A DNA stretch of 32,000 nt, taken from NCBI GenBank assembly GCA_048882505.1, contig JBHLRO010000003.1, forward strand, positions 1 through 32,000. The letters are read 5' to 3'. A program made the translations under genes and the position numbers. Below are positions 1 through 8,196 of the stretch, piece by piece (position 1 is the stretch's first letter; every line of letters begins with the position of its first letter). The notes below the pieces were generated by a model. The model had not been told where the DNA came from and ran no database searches. It was given only the letters and a program-made list of their open reading frames with translations. The DNA is from Candidatus Thorarchaeota archaeon. GTDB lineage: Archaea; Asgardarchaeota; Heimdallarchaeia; Hodarchaeales; Hodarchaeaceae.

Positions 1-657
1 ATCGACGAAATCCAACATCTTTTGCGAGGGAGGATCTCAGCAACTGTCATTATACCAAGTACACCCCTTTTAGTAAATCTAGATCATAACAAAATGTCTC
101 AAGCCATTCGTAATATTCTTGAAAATGCCATACATTATACTGGTCATGGAAACATATCTATCAGAGTTACGAGGGATAGCCTGCAGGAAAACCTGGTTCT
201 GACTGTTGAAGATGATGGAATCGGATTTCAACCTGAGCAATTACAAGATCTCGGAAAGCCATTTATGACATTTCATCCCAGCCACTCTGGTCTTGGACTT
301 GGTCTCTACCTGACAAAGCAGATTATAGAAGATCACGGTGGAGAACTAACTGTATCATCAAGCGGATATCAGAAAGGTACGACGGTTACAATTAAATTGC
401 CGCTTCTCATTCCGCCGGCTGAAAGTTTAATTGAGGCAAATGGATTGGAGCAGCTCATAAGAACGGCCACTGGAGCGGAAAATATGCTAGAGCGGCTGAA
501 TAGTATACACAAGCTGGGAGAATATCAAGGAGTCGACATCAATCTTGTTCTTGAAGCCCTAGAGAAAGTAATCCTCTTTGATAAGGATAGAACGCTTAGA
601 AATCTAGCTGGGGAATTATATGCCCGACAGTTGGCTTATAAAAACAAGGGCCAATAG
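1..657 (+). CDS. Sensor histidine kinase, C-terminal part (HATPase_c plus a helical C-terminal extension); 5' end lies outside the window
   Basis: N box (AIRNILENAIHYT), G1 (VEDDGIGF), F box (PFMT) and G2 (SGLGLGLYL...HGG) are present. The frame is open from base 1 (ATC GAC GAA...), so the TTG at 22 is probably not the true start. Confidence 0.92.
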   Translation: MDEIQHLLRGRISATVIIPSTPLLVNLDHNKMSQAIRNILENAIHYTGHGNISIRVTRDSLQENLVLTVEDDGIGFQPEQLQDLGKPFMTFHPSHSGLGLGLYLTKQIIEDHGGELTVSSSGYQKGTTVTIKLPLLIPPAESLIEANGLEQLIRTATGAENMLERLNSIHKLGEYQGVDINLVLEALEKVILFDKDRTLRNLAGELYARQLAYKNKGQ

Positions 658-3402
658 ATGAATCCAGAGTTATCGTATTCGTTACTTGGGTTTGAACCCA
701 TTCCTTTCTCGTTGATCCCAGCTCTAACATTCAAGGATCAGTTAGACATTATCGAGAGCATTACATTTAGTCAAAATAAATCAGTTCGCTTTATTTCCCT
801 CCTGTCTCGAAACGTATCATTAAGGATTATTCTCCAAGAAGGAGGATGGAAACCAAGCAACGTACACTCCCTTGAAATTTGGAGAAGGGATAAAACTTCG
901 GTGTTGATATGCCAAGATGAAATTGCGAACGTTTTCACGGCTCAATCTTCAAAATACTTATCCATCATTCTAGATGAGCTGTATAGAACTGGTGCATCAT
1001 ACTTAATCTTACATTCAAGTAATTCAACATTTGTATTTGCTTCTACCTCGGAAAATTCTGGATTATTAATCTGGAACCCTCTAATCCCTGCCTTACGTTT
1101 GGTTTTATTGGGCCTTTTGCTAGCAGATCCTTCAATACTTAATTTCTATACTCCAAGGAAGCGTTGGAAAACTTTAGACCGTGGAAAATCAGTTATAACA
1201 AATTTAATGAATCGTGTGTCAAATAAGAGGGCGTTGTCTAGACAAAAATGTACCAACGGAACGAACGCCCGATTTACCCAGATGATGTTTGGATTGGTTA
1301 AGGTTCAACGTAATATTCTATTTCATCTTGAACGACTATTAGGAGGTAAAGGTAAGCAAGAGGCATTACGACGAAAAGAGGGCATCGAATCTTATATTTC
1401 CAAAATTGGAACATATCTTGTAAGTAATAAAACTCTTTCTTCGGAGGAGGCATCGTTTCATGCCATCCTTCCTGGGCTTACACTTGATCATTCTTTATCG
1501 GACCTATTAGAGATACAGCTAGTAAATCTTCTTGAATATGCATGGCCATTTACGCCCAAAACGCTCGCAAAGGGGCGATATACTCCATTACCGCTTGCAG
1601 AGTCACTCGTGGTCGATATTCTGTTAACATACGAGAAAAAAGGATTTTCTCCCCCGATAAAGGACTTGCATGTGTTTGATCCTGCCATGGGAACTGGACT
1701 CTTGCTTATTATTTTCTTGGAAGGCCTAGTGTCCTTGTTACTGCTAAATTGTACCTATCTACCTCGATCATGTTCATTCATTGAGTTACGTAAACAAATT
1801 TATGATGACTGTCTATTTGGAAACGATATAGACATTGACGCTGTTGAAAACGGTCGATCTTTTCTTAACGCGTTTTGTGGATCATACCAATCTAGAGATC
1901 TGGACGGTAGCGAACTGGAAAAGTTTAGAAATCGCGATTTTGTCCGTCAATTCTTAAAATTACCCCAGAACAATGAAGAAAATAAAAAATATGATATTAT
2001 CCTTTCTAATCCACCATTTGGAGCACTGCATAGCCGATTTACACGATCGATTTATTCCCGCGAGGAAATTGTAGAACTTCAATCGCTGATTCCCGAGTTT
2101 ACTCAACGAAGGATCAATTCGTACTGTATATTTCTAGGATTAACCTTGAAGTATGTAACTCAAGTTTCGTCAGGATTGGTTGGTTTTGTAGTCGACTCCG
2201 TTTTTTTTGATTTACCCTCATATGATAACATAAGGAGTCATCTTATTAAGCAATACACCGTTTTATCAATTCTTGGACACTTCAAGTACATGGATGCCAT
2301 TGTTGACCTTGGTACTCTTGTAATAAGCAAAGAAGAACTTGAACTCAAAGATAAATCTGTTACCTGGAGGGAAACAATTAACCAAAGTAAGGTGAATGTG
2401 AATTGCAGTTACTTCCTTTCTCAACCTCATATTTCTTTAACGTACAGCCAGTTTAAACATCAATTAGAATTGCAGTTTTCCGAAACAAGATTCCTTGGCG
2501 ATATTGCAGACGTTGCCTGTGGTTTGGAATATGGTGGCTTATTGAAATCACGTTTTCTTTCGCCAGAACCTTCCAAAGATTTTTTCCCTGTTCTGGACGG
2601 TGCAAACGGTGTTCCTCATCCTTTTGTTCTCTTTTGGGTTCCCCATTGTCCCAACTCTTATGTTCGTGTCAATAAGGACTTTGAAGAACATCTAAGGAAT
2701 ACTAATCAAGATTTTTCCCCTACGGGGAAGAAAGTCCTGTTAATTTCGGGAAATCTCAAAAGGTTTACTGAACCAAAGATCATCCTCCGACAAACGGCTT
2801 CCGAATTCATTTCGGTTTATGATGATCAAGGTTATTTTGTTCTCAGAAATCTTCATGTCATTTACAATGTGACGTCCCCTTACTCCTTTGAATTAATACT
2901 AGGAATTTTGAGCTCTAGAATAGGTAAATGGATTGGAGAGGAGCTGAATATAATAAGAAAAAGGGGATTCCGTCGATATCCTCAAATTCGCGTCACTGCC
3001 TTGAAAAGATTCCCGATAATTGGACTTGATAAACAGAATGAAAAGCAAAACGAGCTTGTAAGTAGTATCGAAGAAACCGTCACCCACCTATCGTGTATCG
3101 GGCAAGAAACTGGGACTCTATTGAAGAATCTCTGGAATCAAATCCAAAATAGTAACTCACAAGCAAAAGGATTCTTTCCAAATCAAAGGCACTTTATCCA
3201 AGCGTGTTTTTCGAATAATATGCCTAGTTCCTTCCCTGTTCCGATTTCCCCTAAGATTGGCAAGCGTATTCGTGAGATATCTCAAAATTTAGCAATCTTA
3301 AAAAAGCTCCAGACGAAACTTAACTCTTCTGTCTTCCTGCTATACTCTATGCAATTCCCTGAGTTACCAAGCTCCATAAATTTGCCTATCAGTGTTCATT
3401 GA
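658..3402 (+). CDS. N6-adenine DNA methyltransferase, Eco57I/TaqI-like (gamma class), with a C-terminal target-recognition domain
   Basis: Motif X GRYTPLPLA, motif I VFDPAMGTGLLL, motif II LFGNDID, motif IV IILSNPPF, and a TaqI-C-like segment KIILRQT...VYDDQGYFVLRNLHVI...LGILSS...YPQIRVTALKRFPI. Confidence 0.88.
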   Translation: MNPELSYSLLGFEPIPFSLIPALTFKDQLDIIESITFSQNKSVRFISLLSRNVSLRIILQEGGWKPSNVHSLEIWRRDKTSVLICQDEIANVFTAQSSKYLSIILDELYRTGASYLILHSSNSTFVFASTSENSGLLIWNPLIPALRLVLLGLLLADPSILNFYTPRKRWKTLDRGKSVITNLMNRVSNKRALSRQKCTNGTNARFTQMMFGLVKVQRNILFHLERLLGGKGKQEALRRKEGIESYISKIGTYLVSNKTLSSEEASFHAILPGLTLDHSLSDLLEIQLVNLLEYAWPFTPKTLAKGRYTPLPLAESLVVDILLTYEKKGFSPPIKDLHVFDPAMGTGLLLIIFLEGLVSLLLLNCTYLPRSCSFIELRKQIYDDCLFGNDIDIDAVENGRSFLNAFCGSYQSRDLDGSELEKFRNRDFVRQFLKLPQNNEENKKYDIILSNPPFGALHSRFTRSIYSREEIVELQSLIPEFTQRRINSYCIFLGLTLKYVTQVSSGLVGFVVDSVFFDLPSYDNIRSHLIKQYTVLSILGHFKYMDAIVDLGTLVISKEELELKDKSVTWRETINQSKVNVNCSYFLSQPHISLTYSQFKHQLELQFSETRFLGDIADVACGLEYGGLLKSRFLSPEPSKDFFPVLDGANGVPHPFVLFWVPHCPNSYVRVNKDFEEHLRNTNQDFSPTGKKVLLISGNLKRFTEPKIILRQTASEFISVYDDQGYFVLRNLHVIYNVTSPYSFELILGILSSRIGKWIGEELNIIRKRGFRRYPQIRVTALKRFPIIGLDKQNEKQNELVSSIEETVTHLSCIGQETGTLLKNLWNQIQNSNSQAKGFFPNQRHFIQACFSNNMPSSFPVPISPKIGKRIREISQNLAILKKLQTKLNSSVFLLYSMQFPELPSSINLPISVH

Positions 3403-3410
3403 CCGATTTT

Positions 3411-4490
3411 TTAGGACCGCTTCTTTCTTACTCGCCTTTTTTTTCCCCTGGCCTTTTTCTTGGACCTCTGCTTACTGTCCTTCGTGGTTTTTCGCTTTGA
3501 GTCTTTGTCTTTAATTGGCTTTTTTTCATCCAAACCGACCTTCTCCTCCTCCACTCCTCTTATTACCTCTGATTTCTCACGTATTTCGTGCCCTTTCTCA
3601 CCATTTCCAGCATCTATTTCGCTTCGAATATGTCTTGATGCCTGGCGGATTACTGCTTGTATTTCCGCCACATCTTGAGGAACATTAAGCATGTTATCGA
3701 CCCGCGGGACTGGAGATGGATCGTCTTCTCTCTTGAATAGCATAAGATCTTGGATCATTGTCTGAGCTCGTTTGAGCTCTTGTCTTAGCGCCGCTGCATC
3801 AACAGTTTCCTCTAATTGACGATCTGTAAGGGATGCGCTGCTTGGTAGAACCTTCAAGGTTTGGGTCGGAATTCGCATACCAGCAGAGGTCACGAGTGCA
3901 TCAAGTACAGGTGTAAATTCCTCGAAAACGGAGGTATCAATCACATCCATTGAAATTTCATTAGAGAAAACTTGATCAAACCGTTTGGCAAGCAGCTCAG
4001 TCAATTCATCAACCGGCTCGCCATGCTCTGAATCACAGATCACAGCGACGGTGATTTCACCTATTCTCCTACAATGAATTGTAAGATCATCTGTTGAAAA
4101 TTTGTCAATACGTCTTCCGGTTACTTCCCCGAAAAGATCCAAAATTCCTGTTAAAAGCCCTGCAAAGATTGTATCAGGAAATTTCAAGCCAGAGTATCCC
4201 CTGGAAAGAAGACAGGTTCCACCTGAACTAATAAACCATACGTAATGGACAACAGACGCTTTTTCATCAACCTCGAAGGTAACGAACGAAGATGCCATTC
4301 TAACCGCTTGTGTGATATCTTCCTCTCTGATTTCCTCTCGGCCCTGGTCCTGCGCCAGATTGACAGCTTTGGTTGAAATTTCTTTGGCTCGGTGCGTTAA
4401 AAGATTATTGAGAGCGTGCACACTTTCCTTAGAAACTCTTGGATTTCCCTGCTTTTTCAGTAATTCACGAACCCTTGAAGACTGTAACAT
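3411..4490 (-). CDS. Fusion protein: archaeal histone fold, longin-like domain, linker and Lys/Arg-rich C-terminal tail
   Basis: aa 1-68 align by eye with HMf-type histones (RVRELLKKQGNPRVSKES...EISTKAVNLAQDQGREEIREEDITQA). aa 80-200 show a longin pattern (VWFISSGGTCLLSRGY...IFAGLLTGILDLFGEV...IDKFST...VAVICD...LAKRFDQVF...FEEFTPVLDALV). The protein ends SKKKARGKKRRVRKKRS. Confidence 0.85.
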   Translation of the reverse strand: MLQSSRVRELLKKQGNPRVSKESVHALNNLLTHRAKEISTKAVNLAQDQGREEIREEDITQAVRMASSFVTFEVDEKASVVHYVWFISSGGTCLLSRGYSGLKFPDTIFAGLLTGILDLFGEVTGRRIDKFSTDDLTIHCRRIGEITVAVICDSEHGEPVDELTELLAKRFDQVFSNEISMDVIDTSVFEEFTPVLDALVTSAGMRIPTQTLKVLPSSASLTDRQLEETVDAAALRQELKRAQTMIQDLMLFKREDDPSPVPRVDNMLNVPQDVAEIQAVIRQASRHIRSEIDAGNGEKGHEIREKSEVIRGVEEEKVGLDEKKPIKDKDSKRKTTKDSKQRSKKKARGKKRRVRKKRS

Positions 4491-5178
4491 TTTCTCATGC
4501 TCACAACATTACAGGATTTCGCTAGTCATGGTGTTTCAAAGTTTTTTTGCGGTGATCAAATTTCAACATTTCTTAATCTCTTTTAAACCTTAGTCTTAAT
4601 TTTACATCAATAGGTTCTGTCATCTTAACGACATTATCATTCTCTCGCAGATATGGCAGCTTCTCCTATATTCAATTTTTGATAATATCTATCTCGAAAA
4701 GTGGGTTTAGGAATGAACGCCTTTGCATGATAAGATTAAACTTCTAAGTCGCTTTTATACATTAAGGTAGAAAAAAATTAGTTTAATCAAACCTTTTGGA
4801 GATTCTTTCTAAGAATTCATCCCAGGTCGAGTGCTCATATGATTCCAACGTTGGAGACTGATACGATATCTTAATTATTTTTTTTTGTCGCTCGTAGAGA
4901 CACAGAGGTGCATTCTTGCGGAGTTTTGCTTAGTTTCCGTGTATTATCCCAGTGATAATCCAGCCTATCCATATGCCCCATATTTCTAAAACACTAATTC
5001 CAAATCATCAAAATCGCTTATTCTGTTGTTCATTCGTGCTTTGTTTAAATGATAACCTTTTTTTACCTTAATAAAGAAAATCAGAATTATACAGCGTGTT
5101 ACAGAGGGAACATCAGTGTAAACCTATTTAAATATCCTAAAGTGGATTATATACCTTGACATTCGCATACTATATCAG

Positions 5179-5577
5179 TTGAGGTGGTACTCACTGGATT
5201 TAACTAAACTTACACGGGATTTCCTTAAATTTCGAGAATTTGATTTTGTTGAGGATCAACATATAACGGGGAAAAACGAAAAACCGATCCGCCTGTCTTT
5301 TCTAATTAATGGAACTAATAATCCGTCCATTTCGGGAGAGGTTGGGAAAATTGGTGTTCTGGTCAAGGATTGGGCAAGATCTTGCGGTTACAATGTTATC
5401 TTAGAAGCAGAAAGGGTTCAAGAATTAACAGGATTAGCTAAAGTGATGGTTGTTGCAAACCGATTCTCGGCTACAGCCAGAGAACTTGCAAAAAGAATCG
5501 GGATTGTCACGTTAACTAATGGAGAGTTGGTCTCAATACGTAAAATTCACTTTTCTCCTTCCGCATTTGATCCCTAA
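5179..5577 (+). CDS. Mrr-family restriction-endonuclease-like domain protein, catalytic motif degenerate
   Basis: VKDWARSCGYNVI...KVMVVANRFSATARELAKRIGIVTLTNGEL matches the C-terminal half of the Mrr_cat pattern (K...VG...V...F(T/S)..A...A....i.L.dG.eL). The start is uncertain because the TTG overlaps a GAGGTG. Confidence 0.6.
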   Translation: MRWYSLDLTKLTRDFLKFREFDFVEDQHITGKNEKPIRLSFLINGTNNPSISGEVGKIGVLVKDWARSCGYNVILEAERVQELTGLAKVMVVANRFSATARELAKRIGIVTLTNGELVSIRKIHFSPSAFDP

Positions 5578-5659
5578 AATCAAATAGCATAAGAACTCAT
5601 ATTTTCCTAACCAAGTCTTGAATACGTTTTTTGCCAAGTCAATCCTGGACGTCAATATA

Positions 5660-6448
5660 TTACCATTGAATCAAGACACTCCTTTCTCCAGGAGGGTATA
5701 CAACCAAAAAGGAACTGGATAATCGACTTTCGTGTTCCAAAATAAATTGAATTTCTTCGATGGCCTTTTCAGGGCTATTGTTCTTTTCTGAAATGTGCGC
5801 TAAGACCGCAATCGGAGGTTGTGTTACTTTTATGAACTCTGCGGCCTGCCAATTACTGAGGTGCCCTCTAGGACTTAACAGACGATACTTCAGGTGCTCA
5901 GGGTAGTCACTACCTAAAAGCATGTCAAAAGAATGGTTTGCTTCAATTATAAGAGTTTTGACATTACGAAATCCATCCAAAACATACGGAGAGGGAAAGC
6001 CACAATCGCAAATATACCCCAGAAGATGATCCCCCTGATAACTGATTCGAAACCCAAGGGGATTTACCCCGTCGTGGGGAATTTCATAAGGTAAAATCTC
6101 CACCCCTTCAATGCTGAATTCTTCTCCTACTTCTATAAATTCAGCATCAATGGGGCCCGTCTTCTTGCTAATCATTTCATAAGTTTCGTAGGTTAAATAG
6201 CATTTTAACCCATAGTTTTTTGCTAATGTCTTTATTCCTTTGATGTGATCACCGTGTTCATGTGATACAACGATACCATCCAAAGATTTGATATTCTCTC
6301 CAATTTCCTCCAATTGCTTTTTTATTTTTCGTGTACTAATACCAGCATCTATCAGAAAAGATACGGAACCAATTCGTACGTAGGTTGCATTCCCCTTGCT
6401 CGTTGACGCCAAAACACAAAATTTAAACACATACCAATCCCCCATCAA
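5660..6448 (-). CDS. MBL-fold metallo-hydrolase, YycJ/WalJ-like
   Basis: LASTSKGNATYV, LIDAGIS, SHEHGDH (HxHxDH), IPHDG, LIIEANH, GHLSN and AHISEKNN motifs. Confidence 0.92.
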   Translation of the reverse strand: MMGDWYVFKFCVLASTSKGNATYVRIGSVSFLIDAGISTRKIKKQLEEIGENIKSLDGIVVSHEHGDHIKGIKTLAKNYGLKCYLTYETYEMISKKTGPIDAEFIEVGEEFSIEGVEILPYEIPHDGVNPLGFRISYQGDHLLGYICDCGFPSPYVLDGFRNVKTLIIEANHSFDMLLGSDYPEHLKYRLLSPRGHLSNWQAAEFIKVTQPPIAVLAHISEKNNSPEKAIEEIQFILEHESRLSSSFLVVYPPGERSVLIQW

Positions 6449-7398
6449 TCCTCTATCTTCAACAATGCCTTTGCATTTTCGCCCAATATAAGCCGCTTTT
6501 CATTTGGGGTTAAGACGGGGCTGTTTTTGATGACATCCAAACTATGTCTCATTGATGTTCCTTGGACAACAGGGGTATCTGTTCCAAAAAGTATCTTCCT
6601 AAATCCACAAGTTTGACGAATATGCTCAACAATACCTGGATCTTCCAAGTGATAGGTTACTGCTGAAGTATCAAGATAGATGTTGGGATTGTTTTTTGCC
6701 AGGTTGGTTGTTTCAGAAAACCATGAGTCGTGATCTATTCTACCGTAACAGCCCAAATGCGCAAAAATTATTTTGTTTTTTGTTTTCCTCACATGCTTAC
6801 GCCAGTTTTTAGGGTGGGAATCTTTTACACATTTGAGGGTTGGGATTTCGAATGGCCCTGGATCCCCCCCTGCATGAATCAAGATTGGCCAATCTCGTTC
6901 TCGGGCGTACCGAAATATTAACTTTATGTTTTTATTTTTGGCAGGATTAAAAAACTGCAGCGTCGGAATTAATTTGATACCTCGTAGCCCTAATTTCTCT
7001 ATCTCCACTAGTTTTTCTTTGATGTAGCTGGAATCTTTAGAGGGGTTGACCGAACCGAATCCAATAAAAAATTCTGGATTAGCGTTAACTATATCGGCAA
7101 CAAATGAATTAGATGTCAAACCCATTCTTAGAATCTGCTCCATCGCCCTTATGAGCTTAAAAGCGTCTATGAACAACGAGTATTCCAGAAGGTTGTTTAT
7201 AATCTCATATTTGAGCTTCTCATCATTGGTGATGGCTTCGACGTCCAAGTCTAATGCCAATAAAACAGCTTTATTAATCCCTGCTTTCCTTACCTCATCA
7301 ATAAGACTCTTTTCCGTTACCAAAGAGCGAATAGGATGGACATGAGTATCTATTACAGTGTACTTATAATTTGGTGATATGGAAATGGAATTGGCCAT
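6445..7398 (-). CDS. Amidohydrolase family protein (Amidohydro_2 / TIM-barrel metal-dependent hydrolase)
   Basis: IDTHVH, GFGSVNP, GLRGIKL, PILIHAG, IIFAHLG, IYLDTS and KILFGTDTP motifs. Its stop overlaps the start region of the MBL gene, suggesting an operon. Confidence 0.92.
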   Translation of the reverse strand: MANSISISPNYKYTVIDTHVHPIRSLVTEKSLIDEVRKAGINKAVLLALDLDVEAITNDEKLKYEIINNLLEYSLFIDAFKLIRAMEQILRMGLTSNSFVADIVNANPEFFIGFGSVNPSKDSSYIKEKLVEIEKLGLRGIKLIPTLQFFNPAKNKNIKLIFRYARERDWPILIHAGGDPGPFEIPTLKCVKDSHPKNWRKHVRKTKNKIIFAHLGCYGRIDHDSWFSETTNLAKNNPNIYLDTSAVTYHLEDPGIVEHIRQTCGFRKILFGTDTPVVQGTSMRHSLDVIKNSPVLTPNEKRLILGENAKALLKIED

Positions 7399-7482
7399 AC
7401 GAGCTGGCGATAACCTCTGGATTTTTAAGCCTAAATCCTATCCATAAAGTAAAAACATAACACCTTTGAACACCAATCAACG

Positions 7483-8148
7483 GTGTACATCGTGAACCAA
7501 AACCCATCAACTGGCGATAAACGACCATCCGTTCGATTTAGACAGCCCTTGTTCCGAGATAAAACTCCACAAGAGATAGAACTCGGACCCGATGAATCAT
7601 TGGCAGATTCTTATAAGAATAAGTATAAGTTCATAGTTTTTAAGTCAACATGGGATCAGGCATTAAGATTCCGTGAGGAGGAGTTACCAAAAATTATTGA
7701 AGAGAGTCCCATCCTTGCTAAGGTGACCATCCGCAATCTTGACCCAAAGAAGGATACGGAAAGTTTCGTGCAAACTTTCAATAGGGCCTTTATTACCGCT
7801 CCCGATCCTTTTCGCTCGATCCAAGAAGAAGACGTTCAAAAATTTGATCCTTCTTCTACCTTCCTTGCAACGCTTTACGGGAAAATTATTGGTTTTATAG
7901 TTTTAATCATTGATCCATTGATTAAAAACGGAAAAGAAGTGGGAAAACAAGGTGTTATTGCTGGAATTGGCGTTGATCCACGATACCGGAGACACCACGT
8001 TGCATTTCTCTTGGCATCCAAAGCAGCCGAGTATTTTGAAAAGTTCAATGTAACCGAATTAGTCTGTGAAGTTTACCATGAAAACAAGATTTCTGATCAT
8101 TTTATTAGAAATTTCGGTTTCATAGAAACTGGTGTTACATACCTTTAA
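7483..8148 (+). CDS. GNAT family N-acetyltransferase
   Basis: Motif A IAGIGVDPRYRRHHVAFLL and motif B VCEVYHENKISDHFIRNFGF. It carries an extra N-terminal segment of about 75 aa. Confidence 0.85.
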   Translation: MYIVNQNPSTGDKRPSVRFRQPLFRDKTPQEIELGPDESLADSYKNKYKFIVFKSTWDQALRFREEELPKIIEESPILAKVTIRNLDPKKDTESFVQTFNRAFITAPDPFRSIQEEDVQKFDPSSTFLATLYGKIIGFIVLIIDPLIKNGKEVGKQGVIAGIGVDPRYRRHHVAFLLASKAAEYFEKFNVTELVCEVYHENKISDHFIRNFGFIETGVTYL

Positions 8149-8196
8149 CCTTGAATCATAAGACCACAAGGTTTTCTCCCATAACACTATCTCGTC

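Noticed and set aside
4844-4855. 12-bp perfect palindrome TCCAACGTTGGA in the histone/Mrr intergenic region
   Set aside because: Several palindromes of this length are expected by chance in 32 kb, and I saw no second copy.
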